From NCBI GenBank assembly GCA_044225505.1, contig JBGAIN010000004.1, positions 17,689 to 81,688 of the forward strand: a stretch of DNA of 64,000 nucleotides, written 5' to 3'. The notes below the pieces were generated by a model that was not told the origin of the DNA, did not search any database, and saw only the letters and a program-made list of their open reading frames with translations. The first letter of the stretch is position 1. The number at the start of each line of letters is the position of its first letter. Both the position numbers and the translations under genes were made by a program. Below are positions 9,518-17,614 of this stretch, in pieces. The DNA is from Limisphaerales bacterium (GTDB lineage Bacteria > Verrucomicrobiota > Verrucomicrobiia > Limisphaerales > SIBE01).

Positions 9518-11719
9518 CTAGGCTGTTTTGACTTTCAAACGCCGGCCGAGAACTCGGCTCCGATTCAATTTGGCGATAATGGCGTTCGCATGTTCGGCCG
9601 AGACATCGACGAAGGAGTATCGATCCCGCACATCGATAGCGCCGACCGAGGTTCCAGGTAGCCCGGTCTCACCGGCAATCACCTGGCCCAGGCTGCGGGC
9701 GTTCATCCCGGCTTCCGCACCAATGTTGACGTGCAATCGGACTTGGTCTGGCTTGGGCGGCGGAACATGTTTGACCGGCCGAATCACGGGTTCGGTGGTC
9801 GCGTGCGGCTGCGCCGATGGGCGGACCGGCCGAGGCGTCGGTGGCAGTGGTTTCGTGGATGCCACGGGCGGAGTGGGCGCCACTGGCTTGGGCGTGGCCG
9901 TCGCTAACCCTACCGCCGGAGCTGGGGTCGCCCCGGGCTTGGTTGGAACAGCGCGTTCCGGTCGGTTCGGCTTCGTCGCTCGGGATGGCAGAGCGGGCAC
10001 CACTGGAATCGGTGTAGGTGTCGCTAACCCTACGGCCGGAGCTGGGGTTGCCTCCGGTTTGGCAGCTACATCACGTTCCGGCCGATCGGACTTCGTCGAT
10101 GCCACTGTCTGGGCGGGAGCCGCTGGAACCGGCGTGGCCGGCGCTAATCCCACCGCCAAGGCTGGGGTTGCCCCGGGCTTGGTCGGAACATCACGTTCTG
10201 GCCGATTGGACTTTGTCGCTGCCACTGTCTGGGCGGGAGCCGCTGGAACAGGTGCGGGCATCGTTAACCTTGCCGGCGGGGCCGGGGTCGCGATCGGTTT
10301 GGCAGGAAGAACACGCTCCGGCCGATCCGATCTCGGTCTCTTATCCAGCGCCGCAGGGCGCCGACGATCATCGCTAGCGGCTGAGGCTCTATCGTTCGGC
10401 GGCGGATTCTCCGAGGACTCGCCACCGTTCTGCAATTGGTGAATCAAAGCCGAAACAATATCTGCTGAGCTAAACCCTTCCTCCAGGAGTCGCTCCATCA
10501 AGTGGTCTTGCTTTTGGAACTGTCCGCCTTGCAGTGTGACCCGGAGCCGTTCCAGGAAGACGTTGGCCCGAGCTTCCTCGACTTCATTGGACGTGGGAAT
10601 CTTGGCCCGGCGAATGCGCATCCGGGTGAACCGTTCGATGTGCTGAATTTGGAACAACTCGCGTCCGGCCACGAAGGAAATCGCGCGCCCGCTTCGGCCC
10701 GCCCGACCCGTCCGGCCAATCCGGTGCACGTAATCCTGGACGTCATAGGGAAGGTCGAAGTTGAATACGACCTGGACATCGTCCACATCGATGCCCCGCG
10801 CCGCGACATCTGTTGCCACCAGGAATTCCAATCCCGACTTTCGGAATTTGGTCATCACCCGATCTCGCATCGCCTGGCTCATATCACCGTGCAGCCGGTC
10901 CGCGGAATAGCCCTGGGTTTCGAGGTGGTCCACCAGGTCATCGACCATCCGCTTGGTATTGCAGAAGATGATTCCCAGCCGGTAATCATGAATATCAATC
11001 AAGCGCGTGAGTAGCTCGATCTTGAACCGACGGTCGACCTCGTAGTAGACCTGTTCCACCGTCGGGACAGTGACGGTCTTCTGCTCGATCTGCACATAAA
11101 CTGGCTCCCGAGCGAATCGCTGGATCAATTCCTGGATCGGCCGAGGCATTGTCGCCGAAAAGAAAACGGTCTGGCGCGTTTTTGGTACCTGCTCGAGGAT
11201 GAATTCAATATCCTCACGAAATCCCATGTCGAGCATCACGTCCGCCTCGTCCAGGATGACCAATCGAACATTCTCCAGATGCAGCGTTTCCCGGCGGATG
11301 TGATCCATGACTCGCCCAGGGGTTCCGATGACAATTTGGGCACCTTGTCGCAACCCATAGAACTGCCGCTCATACGATTGCCCGCCGTAGATCGGGAGGG
11401 CATGCAGACCGCGCTTGAATAGCGACAGTTTATGCACCTCCTCCGCCACCTGGATGGCCAATTCTCGCGTGGGACAAAGAATCAAGGCTTGGACAGCACG
11501 CTGACGCGGATCCGTCTTTTCAATCGCGGGAATGGCAAACGCCGCGGTTTTGCCCGACCCGGTCTGGGACTGGCCCACGACATCCTTTCCCTGGAGCAGC
11601 AACGGAATAGTTTCCGCTTGGATGGGCGCCGCTTGCTCAAAGCCGAGTTTATCGACGGCCTTAAGGATATCGGCGGAGAGGCTTAGTTCAGTGAACAACT
11701 TCGTTTTCGTCTCAGACAT
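9518..11719 (-). CDS. deaD: DEAD-box ATP-dependent RNA helicase (DeaD/CsdA-like) with a repeat-expanded Pro/Ala/Thr-rich linker and a C-terminal DbpA-type RNA-binding domain
   Basis: 733-aa ORF. Q motif GFEQAAPIQ, motif I SQTGSGKT, PTRELA, TPGR, DEAD (ILDEADVML), SAT, ARGID, HRIGRTGRAG. The C-terminus (RLHVNIGAEAGMNARSLGQVIAGETG...RRLKVKTA) is DbpA-domain-like. Confidence 0.95.
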   Translation of the reverse strand: MSETKTKLFTELSLSADILKAVDKLGFEQAAPIQAETIPLLLQGKDVVGQSQTGSGKTAAFAIPAIEKTDPRQRAVQALILCPTRELAIQVAEEVHKLSLFKRGLHALPIYGGQSYERQFYGLRQGAQIVIGTPGRVMDHIRRETLHLENVRLVILDEADVMLDMGFREDIEFILEQVPKTRQTVFFSATMPRPIQELIQRFAREPVYVQIEQKTVTVPTVEQVYYEVDRRFKIELLTRLIDIHDYRLGIIFCNTKRMVDDLVDHLETQGYSADRLHGDMSQAMRDRVMTKFRKSGLEFLVATDVAARGIDVDDVQVVFNFDLPYDVQDYVHRIGRTGRAGRSGRAISFVAGRELFQIQHIERFTRMRIRRAKIPTSNEVEEARANVFLERLRVTLQGGQFQKQDHLMERLLEEGFSSADIVSALIHQLQNGGESSENPPPNDRASAASDDRRRPAALDKRPRSDRPERVLPAKPIATPAPPARLTMPAPVPAAPAQTVAATKSNRPERDVPTKPGATPALAVGLAPATPVPAAPAQTVASTKSDRPERDVAAKPEATPAPAVGLATPTPIPVVPALPSRATKPNRPERAVPTKPGATPAPAVGLATATPKPVAPTPPVASTKPLPPTPRPVRPSAQPHATTEPVIRPVKHVPPPKPDQVRLHVNIGAEAGMNARSLGQVIAGETGLPGTSVGAIDVRDRYSFVDVSAEHANAIIAKLNRSRVLGRRLKVKTA
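9850..10340. repeat. Intragenic tandem repeat, period exactly 120 bp, about 4 copies (encodes 40-aa P/A/T-rich units of the helicase linker)
   Basis: Homologous decamers recur at 120-bp steps: tcgctaaccc at 9901 and 10021, gcgctaatcc at 10141, tcgttaacct at 10261. The protein repeats read ...RPER[DA]VP[TA]KPGATPA.AVGLA.ATP.P.AP.... Confidence 0.85.
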
Positions 11720-11907
11720 TGTCCGCCCATCGTAGCATAAAGCGGGGCGAGGAAGATAGTGCAGCCGGAAATGCAGGAATATCGTGGGTGGTTTTGGGGT
11801 CCTCCGGTCGAGAAAAGGAGTGCCAGCGCGCCTGTCGGGGGCGGCGCGGCGAAAAAAGGGAATCTGCTACGATAACAACCTCTACCGCAGCGCCTTGAGC
11901 GCCGTTC

Positions 11908-11971
11908 ATCCTCCAGTGATCCTCCAGTGATCCTCCAGTGATCCTCCAGTGATCCTCCAGTGATCCTCCAG
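11908..11971. repeat. Perfect 11-bp tandem array (ATCCTCCAGTG) x5 plus a 9-nt partial copy, in the rhaT-deaD intergenic region
   Basis: Read directly: unit starts at 11908, 11919, 11930, 11941 and 11952, with a partial copy at 11963-11971. In the sense of the downstream helicase it reads CUGGAGGAU(CACUGGAGGAU)5. Confidence 0.95.
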
Positions 11972-12086
11972 GGACGGTTGAGTGGGCGAAGGAGGTATCC
12001 TGTGTGAACCTTGGATGCATGGAGCACCGTCCAGCAAAGGTCGAGCCTTCCGCCCTGAGCGGGTTCCACCCAGATTTCCCCTTTGC

Positions 12087-13157
12087 CTATGGCGCTTTTG
12101 GATCTGGCGTCTGCGCAGCGACCCAATTGCCGAGCCCGACAATCAAGGTCGAACCGATCAAAACGAGCAGGCCGATCAATAGCCATCGGTGCGCTCGCTT
12201 GCCCGCGCCCGCCCACTCCCGCAGCAGCACGCCCCAAAGAGTGCTAAACACAATGATGAAGGCCATGTGCAACGTCCAACTCGAGAAGTCGTATCGCCCC
12301 ATCTGGGTGGTGCCCATGCCGTAACAGAAGAACTGCAAATACCACGTGACTCCGGCGATCGCGCAAAAAAGGTAATTCGTCACCTGCGCCGATTCGCGGA
12401 CGCAAAAGTAATCTCCTGCGCTGCGGTTGCGAAAATTCAACGCCAGGCACCAAAGCCCGTTCGTGGTCAATCCGCCTGCCAGGATCACGATAAAAACAGG
12501 AGTATTCTGCCAAAGCGAGCCGGTGCCATGCTCGACCGCGAGGCGCGCGATCGGTTTCCCAGCGGCAATGGCGAATGCCATGCAAGCGCTCATGATACCG
12601 GCGAAAACCGCCACCCAAATGCCTTTCACAAGGTGAAACTCCTGCACGGCCGCACGCTTTTGCTCCGCGGACATGGCTTGTTCCTTGGCGCGACCGGCCA
12701 GAGCGCAGATGCCAATTCCCACCAGGCAAACCGCGACCCCGGCCAGGATAATGGCGCCCGACAAGGTGGCCAGCATCGGCAGGAAGGCGTGCTCGAACAG
12801 CGGCGGCAGCACCGTCCCAAATGCCGCACAGAACCCCAAGGCGACCGCATAACCGAGGGACAGTCCCAAGTAGCGCATGGACAACCCGAACGTCAGCCCT
12901 CCGACCCCCCAAAGGACGCCAAACAGATAGCTCAGGGCAAGGCTACGAGCCGGAGCTTCCCGAAGGATCGCGAGGGTATCCGGGCAAAAGAGCCAGGCGG
13001 CCAGCCAGGGTGCGATCAACCAGCTGAAGATGCCGCCGACCAACCAGTAACTTTCCCAAGCCCAGCCGCGGACGCGCTTATACGGCAGGTAAAAACTGCC
13101 CGCGGCCAGACCACCCAGCGCGTGGAAAAGCACGCCCAAGAACGGATTGGCGTTCAC
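12087..13157 (-). CDS. rhaT: L-rhamnose/H+ symporter family (RhaT) transporter
   Basis: ORF 12087..13262. The RhaT-like N-terminus is NANPFLGVLFHALGGLAAGSFYLPYKRVRGWAWESYWL, followed by about 10 hydrophobic segments. The likely start is GTG at 13157, preceded by GGAGG, forming a GTGA start/stop overlap with the upstream isomerase gene (stop 13154-13156). Confidence 0.8.
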   Translation of the reverse strand: MNANPFLGVLFHALGGLAAGSFYLPYKRVRGWAWESYWLVGGIFSWLIAPWLAAWLFCPDTLAILREAPARSLALSYLFGVLWGVGGLTFGLSMRYLGLSLGYAVALGFCAAFGTVLPPLFEHAFLPMLATLSGAIILAGVAVCLVGIGICALAGRAKEQAMSAEQKRAAVQEFHLVKGIWVAVFAGIMSACMAFAIAAGKPIARLAVEHGTGSLWQNTPVFIVILAGGLTTNGLWCLALNFRNRSAGDYFCVRESAQVTNYLFCAIAGVTWYLQFFCYGMGTTQMGRYDFSSWTLHMAFIIVFSTLWGVLLREWAGAGKRAHRWLLIGLLVLIGSTLIVGLGNWVAAQTPDPKAP

Positions 13158-14626
13158 TGCACCTCCAGGTAAGGGAGTTTGGTCAGGGCCGCAATGTGAC
13201 GGATGACCGATAAAGATCGTCCCACGCCAAGAGCGCAGTGATGGGTCGGGGCAGCGGTACACCAGGCCCGGACAAATTCCCGCATCCCACAGCCGAAACG
13301 AATTCGGCTATTGGTATTCCCGATTTGCAGCATGGGGCCGGGAACGCTCTCTCCTTCGGCGGCGAGGATCTTCAGTTGGCCGTCGGCCGTTTGGGTTAAC
13401 GCCAGGAGCGTCACGGGCCCTAGTTTGACCCGCGCTTCCACACTCACGCCGAAACCGCGCTTGCCATGATAGAGGCCGAGACCTCGCAAGATCGGTTTGC
13501 CTTCGGCGATTCCCAAGTGAAATGGGCCGTCATGGCCCATGAGAAGAAAATCCTCATCAAAGTCCATCGCGTAGAACTCCGTACCGCCCGCACCGAGCAG
13601 ATCCATCACCTTCATCGCCTGGCAATTCTTCAGATCCCCCTCGCCGCTGCAAGGGATGCCTCGTGCTGTCAACAGCGAGCAGCCGAGAATCAGCCCGGCG
13701 CCAAGGCGCTCGCCGATGTTGCCGTCCAGGCCCCGGTAGTAATAGGCCATTCCATTCAGATCGTAATCGCGCGCGAGCCGGTCCAGAGCGACCGCAACGC
13801 GACAAGCCCAGCGCATCTGTTCCGGCGCGGGCGCTTTGGCTAATCGGTCGACTGGGCTGCTCGTACTGATCTCGAAAATCGACTCGACCTCGTCGCGCTT
13901 CGCTTTCACCGTGGCTTCGTTCGGCGCGGGCAGACGCTTTTCCAAATCGCACATCTCGAGCACTTCGATGTGCGTGCCCAACTGCGCGGTGTGTTGGGTG
14001 AAATCGCTGTACAGGTCGAGCATCCCAGGGTAAGTGTGACCGAGGAACCCGATCCGGGAGCGTTGCCACTGGCTCACGACCGACGCGGCTCGCACCCAAT
14101 CGGTAATCTCGCGCCAAGCGCGGGTGGAATCCGGATGGTCTGGGCGGCTTTCACCGAAGCGGCCTTTGTCGATGCCTAGCACGCCCGTGACCAAGTGAAA
14201 ATCGATGCGGCTGCGAGCAAAGGCGCAGGCGATTTCCGGCACGCAACACGCGCAACAGTTGGCGAGCCATTCTCCAGTGTCGGTTTTGGGATAGTCCAGC
14301 GCACTCCGCGGTTGCAGATTGAGGATGAGGACCGGCGCACGCACGCGCTGGACAGCCGGGAGAACCTGACTGCTGGTCGCATAGGTGCTGACATAGCAGA
14401 CGATCAATTGCACCGATTGACCGGCGAATAGCTCTCCGGCCGCCGCGGCCTTCTCGGCACTATCCACCAGCCCCGCGTCGACCACTTCACAGAACGCGGA
14501 TAAACGATCATGCACGACCTGTTGATACCGTTCTAAACGGTGCTTGAGTCCTTTGAATTGGGGCCAGTAAGCGGCCAACCCGATGCCAAATAGGCCGACT
14601 CGGCCGAGCGGAGCTTGGGGACGCAT
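13154..14626 (-). CDS. L-arabinose/L-fucose isomerase family protein (AraA/FucI superfamily)
   Basis: ORF 13154..14752. The family resemblance is in the C-terminal half: LLMGHDGPFHLG, GFGVSVEARVKLGPVTLLAL, IGNTNSRIRF, APTHHCALGVG. The likely start is ATG at 14626 (MRPQAPLGRVGLFGIG), preceded by GGAGGCGGGC. ATG 14638 is an alternative. Confidence 0.65.
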   Translation of the reverse strand: MRPQAPLGRVGLFGIGLAAYWPQFKGLKHRLERYQQVVHDRLSAFCEVVDAGLVDSAEKAAAAGELFAGQSVQLIVCYVSTYATSSQVLPAVQRVRAPVLILNLQPRSALDYPKTDTGEWLANCCACCVPEIACAFARSRIDFHLVTGVLGIDKGRFGESRPDHPDSTRAWREITDWVRAASVVSQWQRSRIGFLGHTYPGMLDLYSDFTQHTAQLGTHIEVLEMCDLEKRLPAPNEATVKAKRDEVESIFEISTSSPVDRLAKAPAPEQMRWACRVAVALDRLARDYDLNGMAYYYRGLDGNIGERLGAGLILGCSLLTARGIPCSGEGDLKNCQAMKVMDLLGAGGTEFYAMDFDEDFLLMGHDGPFHLGIAEGKPILRGLGLYHGKRGFGVSVEARVKLGPVTLLALTQTADGQLKILAAEGESVPGPMLQIGNTNSRIRFGCGMREFVRAWCTAAPTHHCALGVGRSLSVIRHIAALTKLPYLEVQ

Positions 14627-15059
14627 GCCCGCCTCCATAATCGCAAACCTTGTTGGATGCAAACTTAAACGAGTGATCCTAATCCTCAGACGTGTGATTG
14701 AGTTTGAGTAAAACCAGGAGGCGCCACTGTGTCGTTCGATCAACGGCAGCAATTCCGCCCTGTTCGAACCCTTGATGCGCGAGGCGAACCGTTCCGGTCT
14801 CTACGCGACTGCGGCGACTTGGCCCGTCGGACGGGCATTGATTCAACGAGTCCAAACTCTCGTCGCCTCGTCCGATCCTGAATAAATCGCGAGGCATCGG
14901 ACCAGAGCACTACCGGAGAATCCCCGAAATTAGGGAAAAGTCGCGCCAACCATTTGACGGAGAGGATCTGGCTTCTACCTTGACCGCTCGATTGAATGAG
15001 CGAGTGGTCGGGAACTCCCTGGGCGGGAATTCCGCCACTCGGTCCGCAACCAAGGATGT

Positions 15060-17408
15060 ATGAAACGCCGAATCTTTTCACAACCGTTGGCCGCCACTGG
15101 TCTTTTGATGACGATCTCCAGTGTCGTGGCCGCGAACTTTACGCCAATTCCACTCTCGAATTCCTCCCTGACACACGATGTCGTGGTGGAGCGATCGGCG
15201 ACGCCGCCACCGCCCGCGCTGACATCAGCCTCCATGGACGAGGGGCAGGCGAACACGGCGTATGGATGGTATGAAATTGGTTTCAACGCCGACGCTCTGG
15301 ATACCGGATTGCCTGTAAAGGGTTCGACGGTGAGCAGCGAAGCGCTGCCCGATCATTCGTTCACCTTTGCGGTGAGTTACATCAACAATAACGCTGTGCT
15401 GATTGATTCATCACTGAGTAATGCAACCGTCACGGTGACGACGCCAGCCGCGTTCTCGGCGCTTTCTTTCCTCACGTCCGCGGGCAATGGCGCCGTCACG
15501 TTGGGCGTGGCCGTGCACCATGCGGACGGTTCGGTGGAAACCAATAGCATCGTTTCTCCTGACTGGTTTGGCGGTGAGAACGCGGCGGTGACAGCCAACG
15601 GGCGCCTCGACGTCGGGTCGCGCGCCTTTGACAATGTCGCTTCGGGCAATCCCCGGCTCTACTCGGCCGACATAACACTCACCAATACGACGAGCCCGGT
15701 GAACCGGATCGATCTGACCCACGTGAGCGGGACGGGTCATGCGGCTATCTTCGCTGTGAGTGGGGGAACCGGCGCGGCGTTTAGCCCGGTGGCCATTACC
15801 GGGTATAACGTCGACCTTGTGGTTGAAGCGGAAGGAGCCGCGCCCGCCACTCCCCTCAATGCTACCACTGCGACGTTGGATGCGGGTGTTGCGAATACTG
15901 GCTACACGATTTATGAGCAGGGCTACAACCCGAACGCCTTGACCACGGGGTTGCCTGTGGCCGGTTCGACTCTCACGAATGCTTCTGCGACAGATCACAT
16001 TTATACACTGGCAGCCAGTTATGCGACGAATAACGCGGCGCTAGTTGACGCGGAGAATAATGCAACCCTGACGCCATCGACCCCGGCGGCGTTTGCAGGA
16101 CTTTCCTTTTTGACGGCCGCAGGTGGCGGCGCCGTGACGATTGACTACACCGTGACCCACGCCGACGGCAGCACTCAAGGCGGTTCTCTCGTCTCGCCCG
16201 ACTGGTTTAACAGCACACCAGTGGCTTTAACGAATCGAGGTCGCGTCAACGTCGAAAACGGAGGATTTGACTCGATCAACTCCGCTAACCCGAGACTCTA
16301 CGGCGTCGATGTCAGCGTCACCAACAGCACGAGCCCAATCTCAAGCATCGCGTTGAACTACGCCTCTGGCACGGGTCACGCAGTGTTTCTGGCTGTGAGC
16401 GGAACGGGCGGCGCGATCGCTCCGATCATCGACGTTCAACCGGTCTCGGTCAGCTCCGCGGCCAACGGCACCGTCAATTTGGGAGTATCCGCTTCGGGCG
16501 CAGCGCCGCTCCAGTTCCAATGGCAACGCGAAGTGAACGGAACCTTCGTGAATCTCACCAACGCGAATGGATATGCGGGTGTCACGACCACCAACTTGAC
16601 GATCAGCAATCTAGAAGCCGCCCAAGCGGGCAGCTACCGCGTCCAGATTACCAACGCTGGCGGGACCACGACCAGCGATGCGGTGCAAGTCAACGTCCTC
16701 TCGACGGCAACAGATATTACTTCGCCGGCTGACGTCGTTACCAGTTTTGGAGGGAACTCTCCCGCCGCTGAGATGGTCGCCAACGCCATCGATAACACGA
16801 CCGCCAAGTATCTTAACTTTGGTACAGATACTAACGAGACGGCGCCATTCGTCGGGCCGGTTGGATTGATTGTAACGCCGGTCGCCGGAAGCACTGTGGT
16901 TACGGGGTTGCGTGTTTATACGGCCAACGACGCTCCGGAGCGAGACCCGAGCGGTTACGTTCTGGAAGGCTCCAATGATGGCACCAACTTCACGGCAATT
17001 TCGTCTGGTGCGCTGGCTCTTCCCACGGCTCGAAACGCGAGTGGCTCAGATCTCGATCCCCTCGCGCAAAACCTGCAAGAGGTGCAATTCACCAACACGG
17101 CGGGATACACGAGCTATCGGCTCAGCTTTAACAACGTGCGAGACAATACGGCGGCGAACAGCATGCAGATTGCCGAAATCGAGCTCCTGGGCACAGCTGG
17201 AACTGGCACTCCGTCCGCCAGTCTGACAATCACGCGCGGCGCGAACGGCGCTCTGACGCTGACGGCGACCCAGCCCGGGACGTTACAGTCAACCGCGACG
17301 CTCGGCGTCACAAACACGACATGGCAAGACGAAGGCCCGATCAACGGTTCGGTCACGGTGACACCCACCGGAGCAGCCCGATTCTACCGAGTCGTCCCTC
17401 AACCGTAA
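15060..17408 (+). CDS. Secreted multidomain protein: two copies of an uncharacterised ~210-aa module, an Ig-like domain, an F5/8 type C (discoidin) domain and a C-terminal beta domain ending FYRVVPQP
   Basis: 782-aa ORF with signal peptide MKRRIFSQPLAATGLLMTISSVVAA. There is an internal duplication (SPDWF..NPRLY..SGTGHA in both halves). The Ig-like block is PLQFQWQREVNGTFVNLTN...AGSYRVQITNAGG. The discoidin-like block is NAIDNTTAKYLNFG...YRLSFNNVRD...MQIAEIELLG. Confidence 0.7.
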   Translation: MKRRIFSQPLAATGLLMTISSVVAANFTPIPLSNSSLTHDVVVERSATPPPPALTSASMDEGQANTAYGWYEIGFNADALDTGLPVKGSTVSSEALPDHSFTFAVSYINNNAVLIDSSLSNATVTVTTPAAFSALSFLTSAGNGAVTLGVAVHHADGSVETNSIVSPDWFGGENAAVTANGRLDVGSRAFDNVASGNPRLYSADITLTNTTSPVNRIDLTHVSGTGHAAIFAVSGGTGAAFSPVAITGYNVDLVVEAEGAAPATPLNATTATLDAGVANTGYTIYEQGYNPNALTTGLPVAGSTLTNASATDHIYTLAASYATNNAALVDAENNATLTPSTPAAFAGLSFLTAAGGGAVTIDYTVTHADGSTQGGSLVSPDWFNSTPVALTNRGRVNVENGGFDSINSANPRLYGVDVSVTNSTSPISSIALNYASGTGHAVFLAVSGTGGAIAPIIDVQPVSVSSAANGTVNLGVSASGAAPLQFQWQREVNGTFVNLTNANGYAGVTTTNLTISNLEAAQAGSYRVQITNAGGTTTSDAVQVNVLSTATDITSPADVVTSFGGNSPAAEMVANAIDNTTAKYLNFGTDTNETAPFVGPVGLIVTPVAGSTVVTGLRVYTANDAPERDPSGYVLEGSNDGTNFTAISSGALALPTARNASGSDLDPLAQNLQEVQFTNTAGYTSYRLSFNNVRDNTAANSMQIAEIELLGTAGTGTPSASLTITRGANGALTLTATQPGTLQSTATLGVTNTTWQDEGPINGSVTVTPTGAARFYRVVPQP

Positions 17409-17447
17409 GGCGTCGTTTAGCCATCGTCGCAAAGTAAGATTAACAAC

Positions 17448-17487
17448 GCGAGGCAGTCCTGCGAAGGGTTGCCTCGCATTTCTATTT
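17448..17487 (+). terminator. Rho-independent terminator downstream of the 15060-17408 gene
   Basis: GCGAGGCA (17448-17455), 14-nt loop, TGCCTCGC (17470-17477), then ATTTCTATTT. Perfect 8-bp GC-rich stem 40 nt after the stop codon. Confidence 0.6.
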
Positions 17488-17563
17488 ATCCCTGCTGTAG
17501 GGATCCGCCGTCCAGTTGCACCTCATCTAGTTTAAATAACCCCACGCAAGCATTACTAACGCA

Positions 17564-17593
17564 TTGACATTCTTCCGTAAGCCGATCTAACGT
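17564..17593 (+). promoter_or_regulatory. Possible sigma70-type promoter for the 17615 gene
   Basis: TTGACA (17564-17569), 18-nt spacer, TAACGT (17588-17593), about 20 nt upstream of the ATG. Promoter consensus in this lineage is not well established, so this is tentative. Confidence 0.25.
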
Positions 17594-17614
17594 CGTAGTA
17601 GAGAAAGAAAGCCT

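Noticed and set aside
9528-10442. Long plus-strand ORF (304 aa, Gly/Ala-rich) antisense to the helicase repeat region
   Set aside because: It is the mirror image of the GC-rich 120-bp repeats inside a clearly genuine DEAD-box gene. It is low-complexity and has no start context.
12189-13172. 327-aa plus-strand ORF antisense to rhaT. Similar antisense or off-frame ORFs occur at 1506..2417, 17486..18193, 23640..24611, 34772..35635 and 54913..55917.
   Set aside because: Each lies opposite to, or out of frame with, a gene with strong family motifs. The products are Arg/Pro/Gly-rich with no motifs, as expected for high-GC shadow ORFs.
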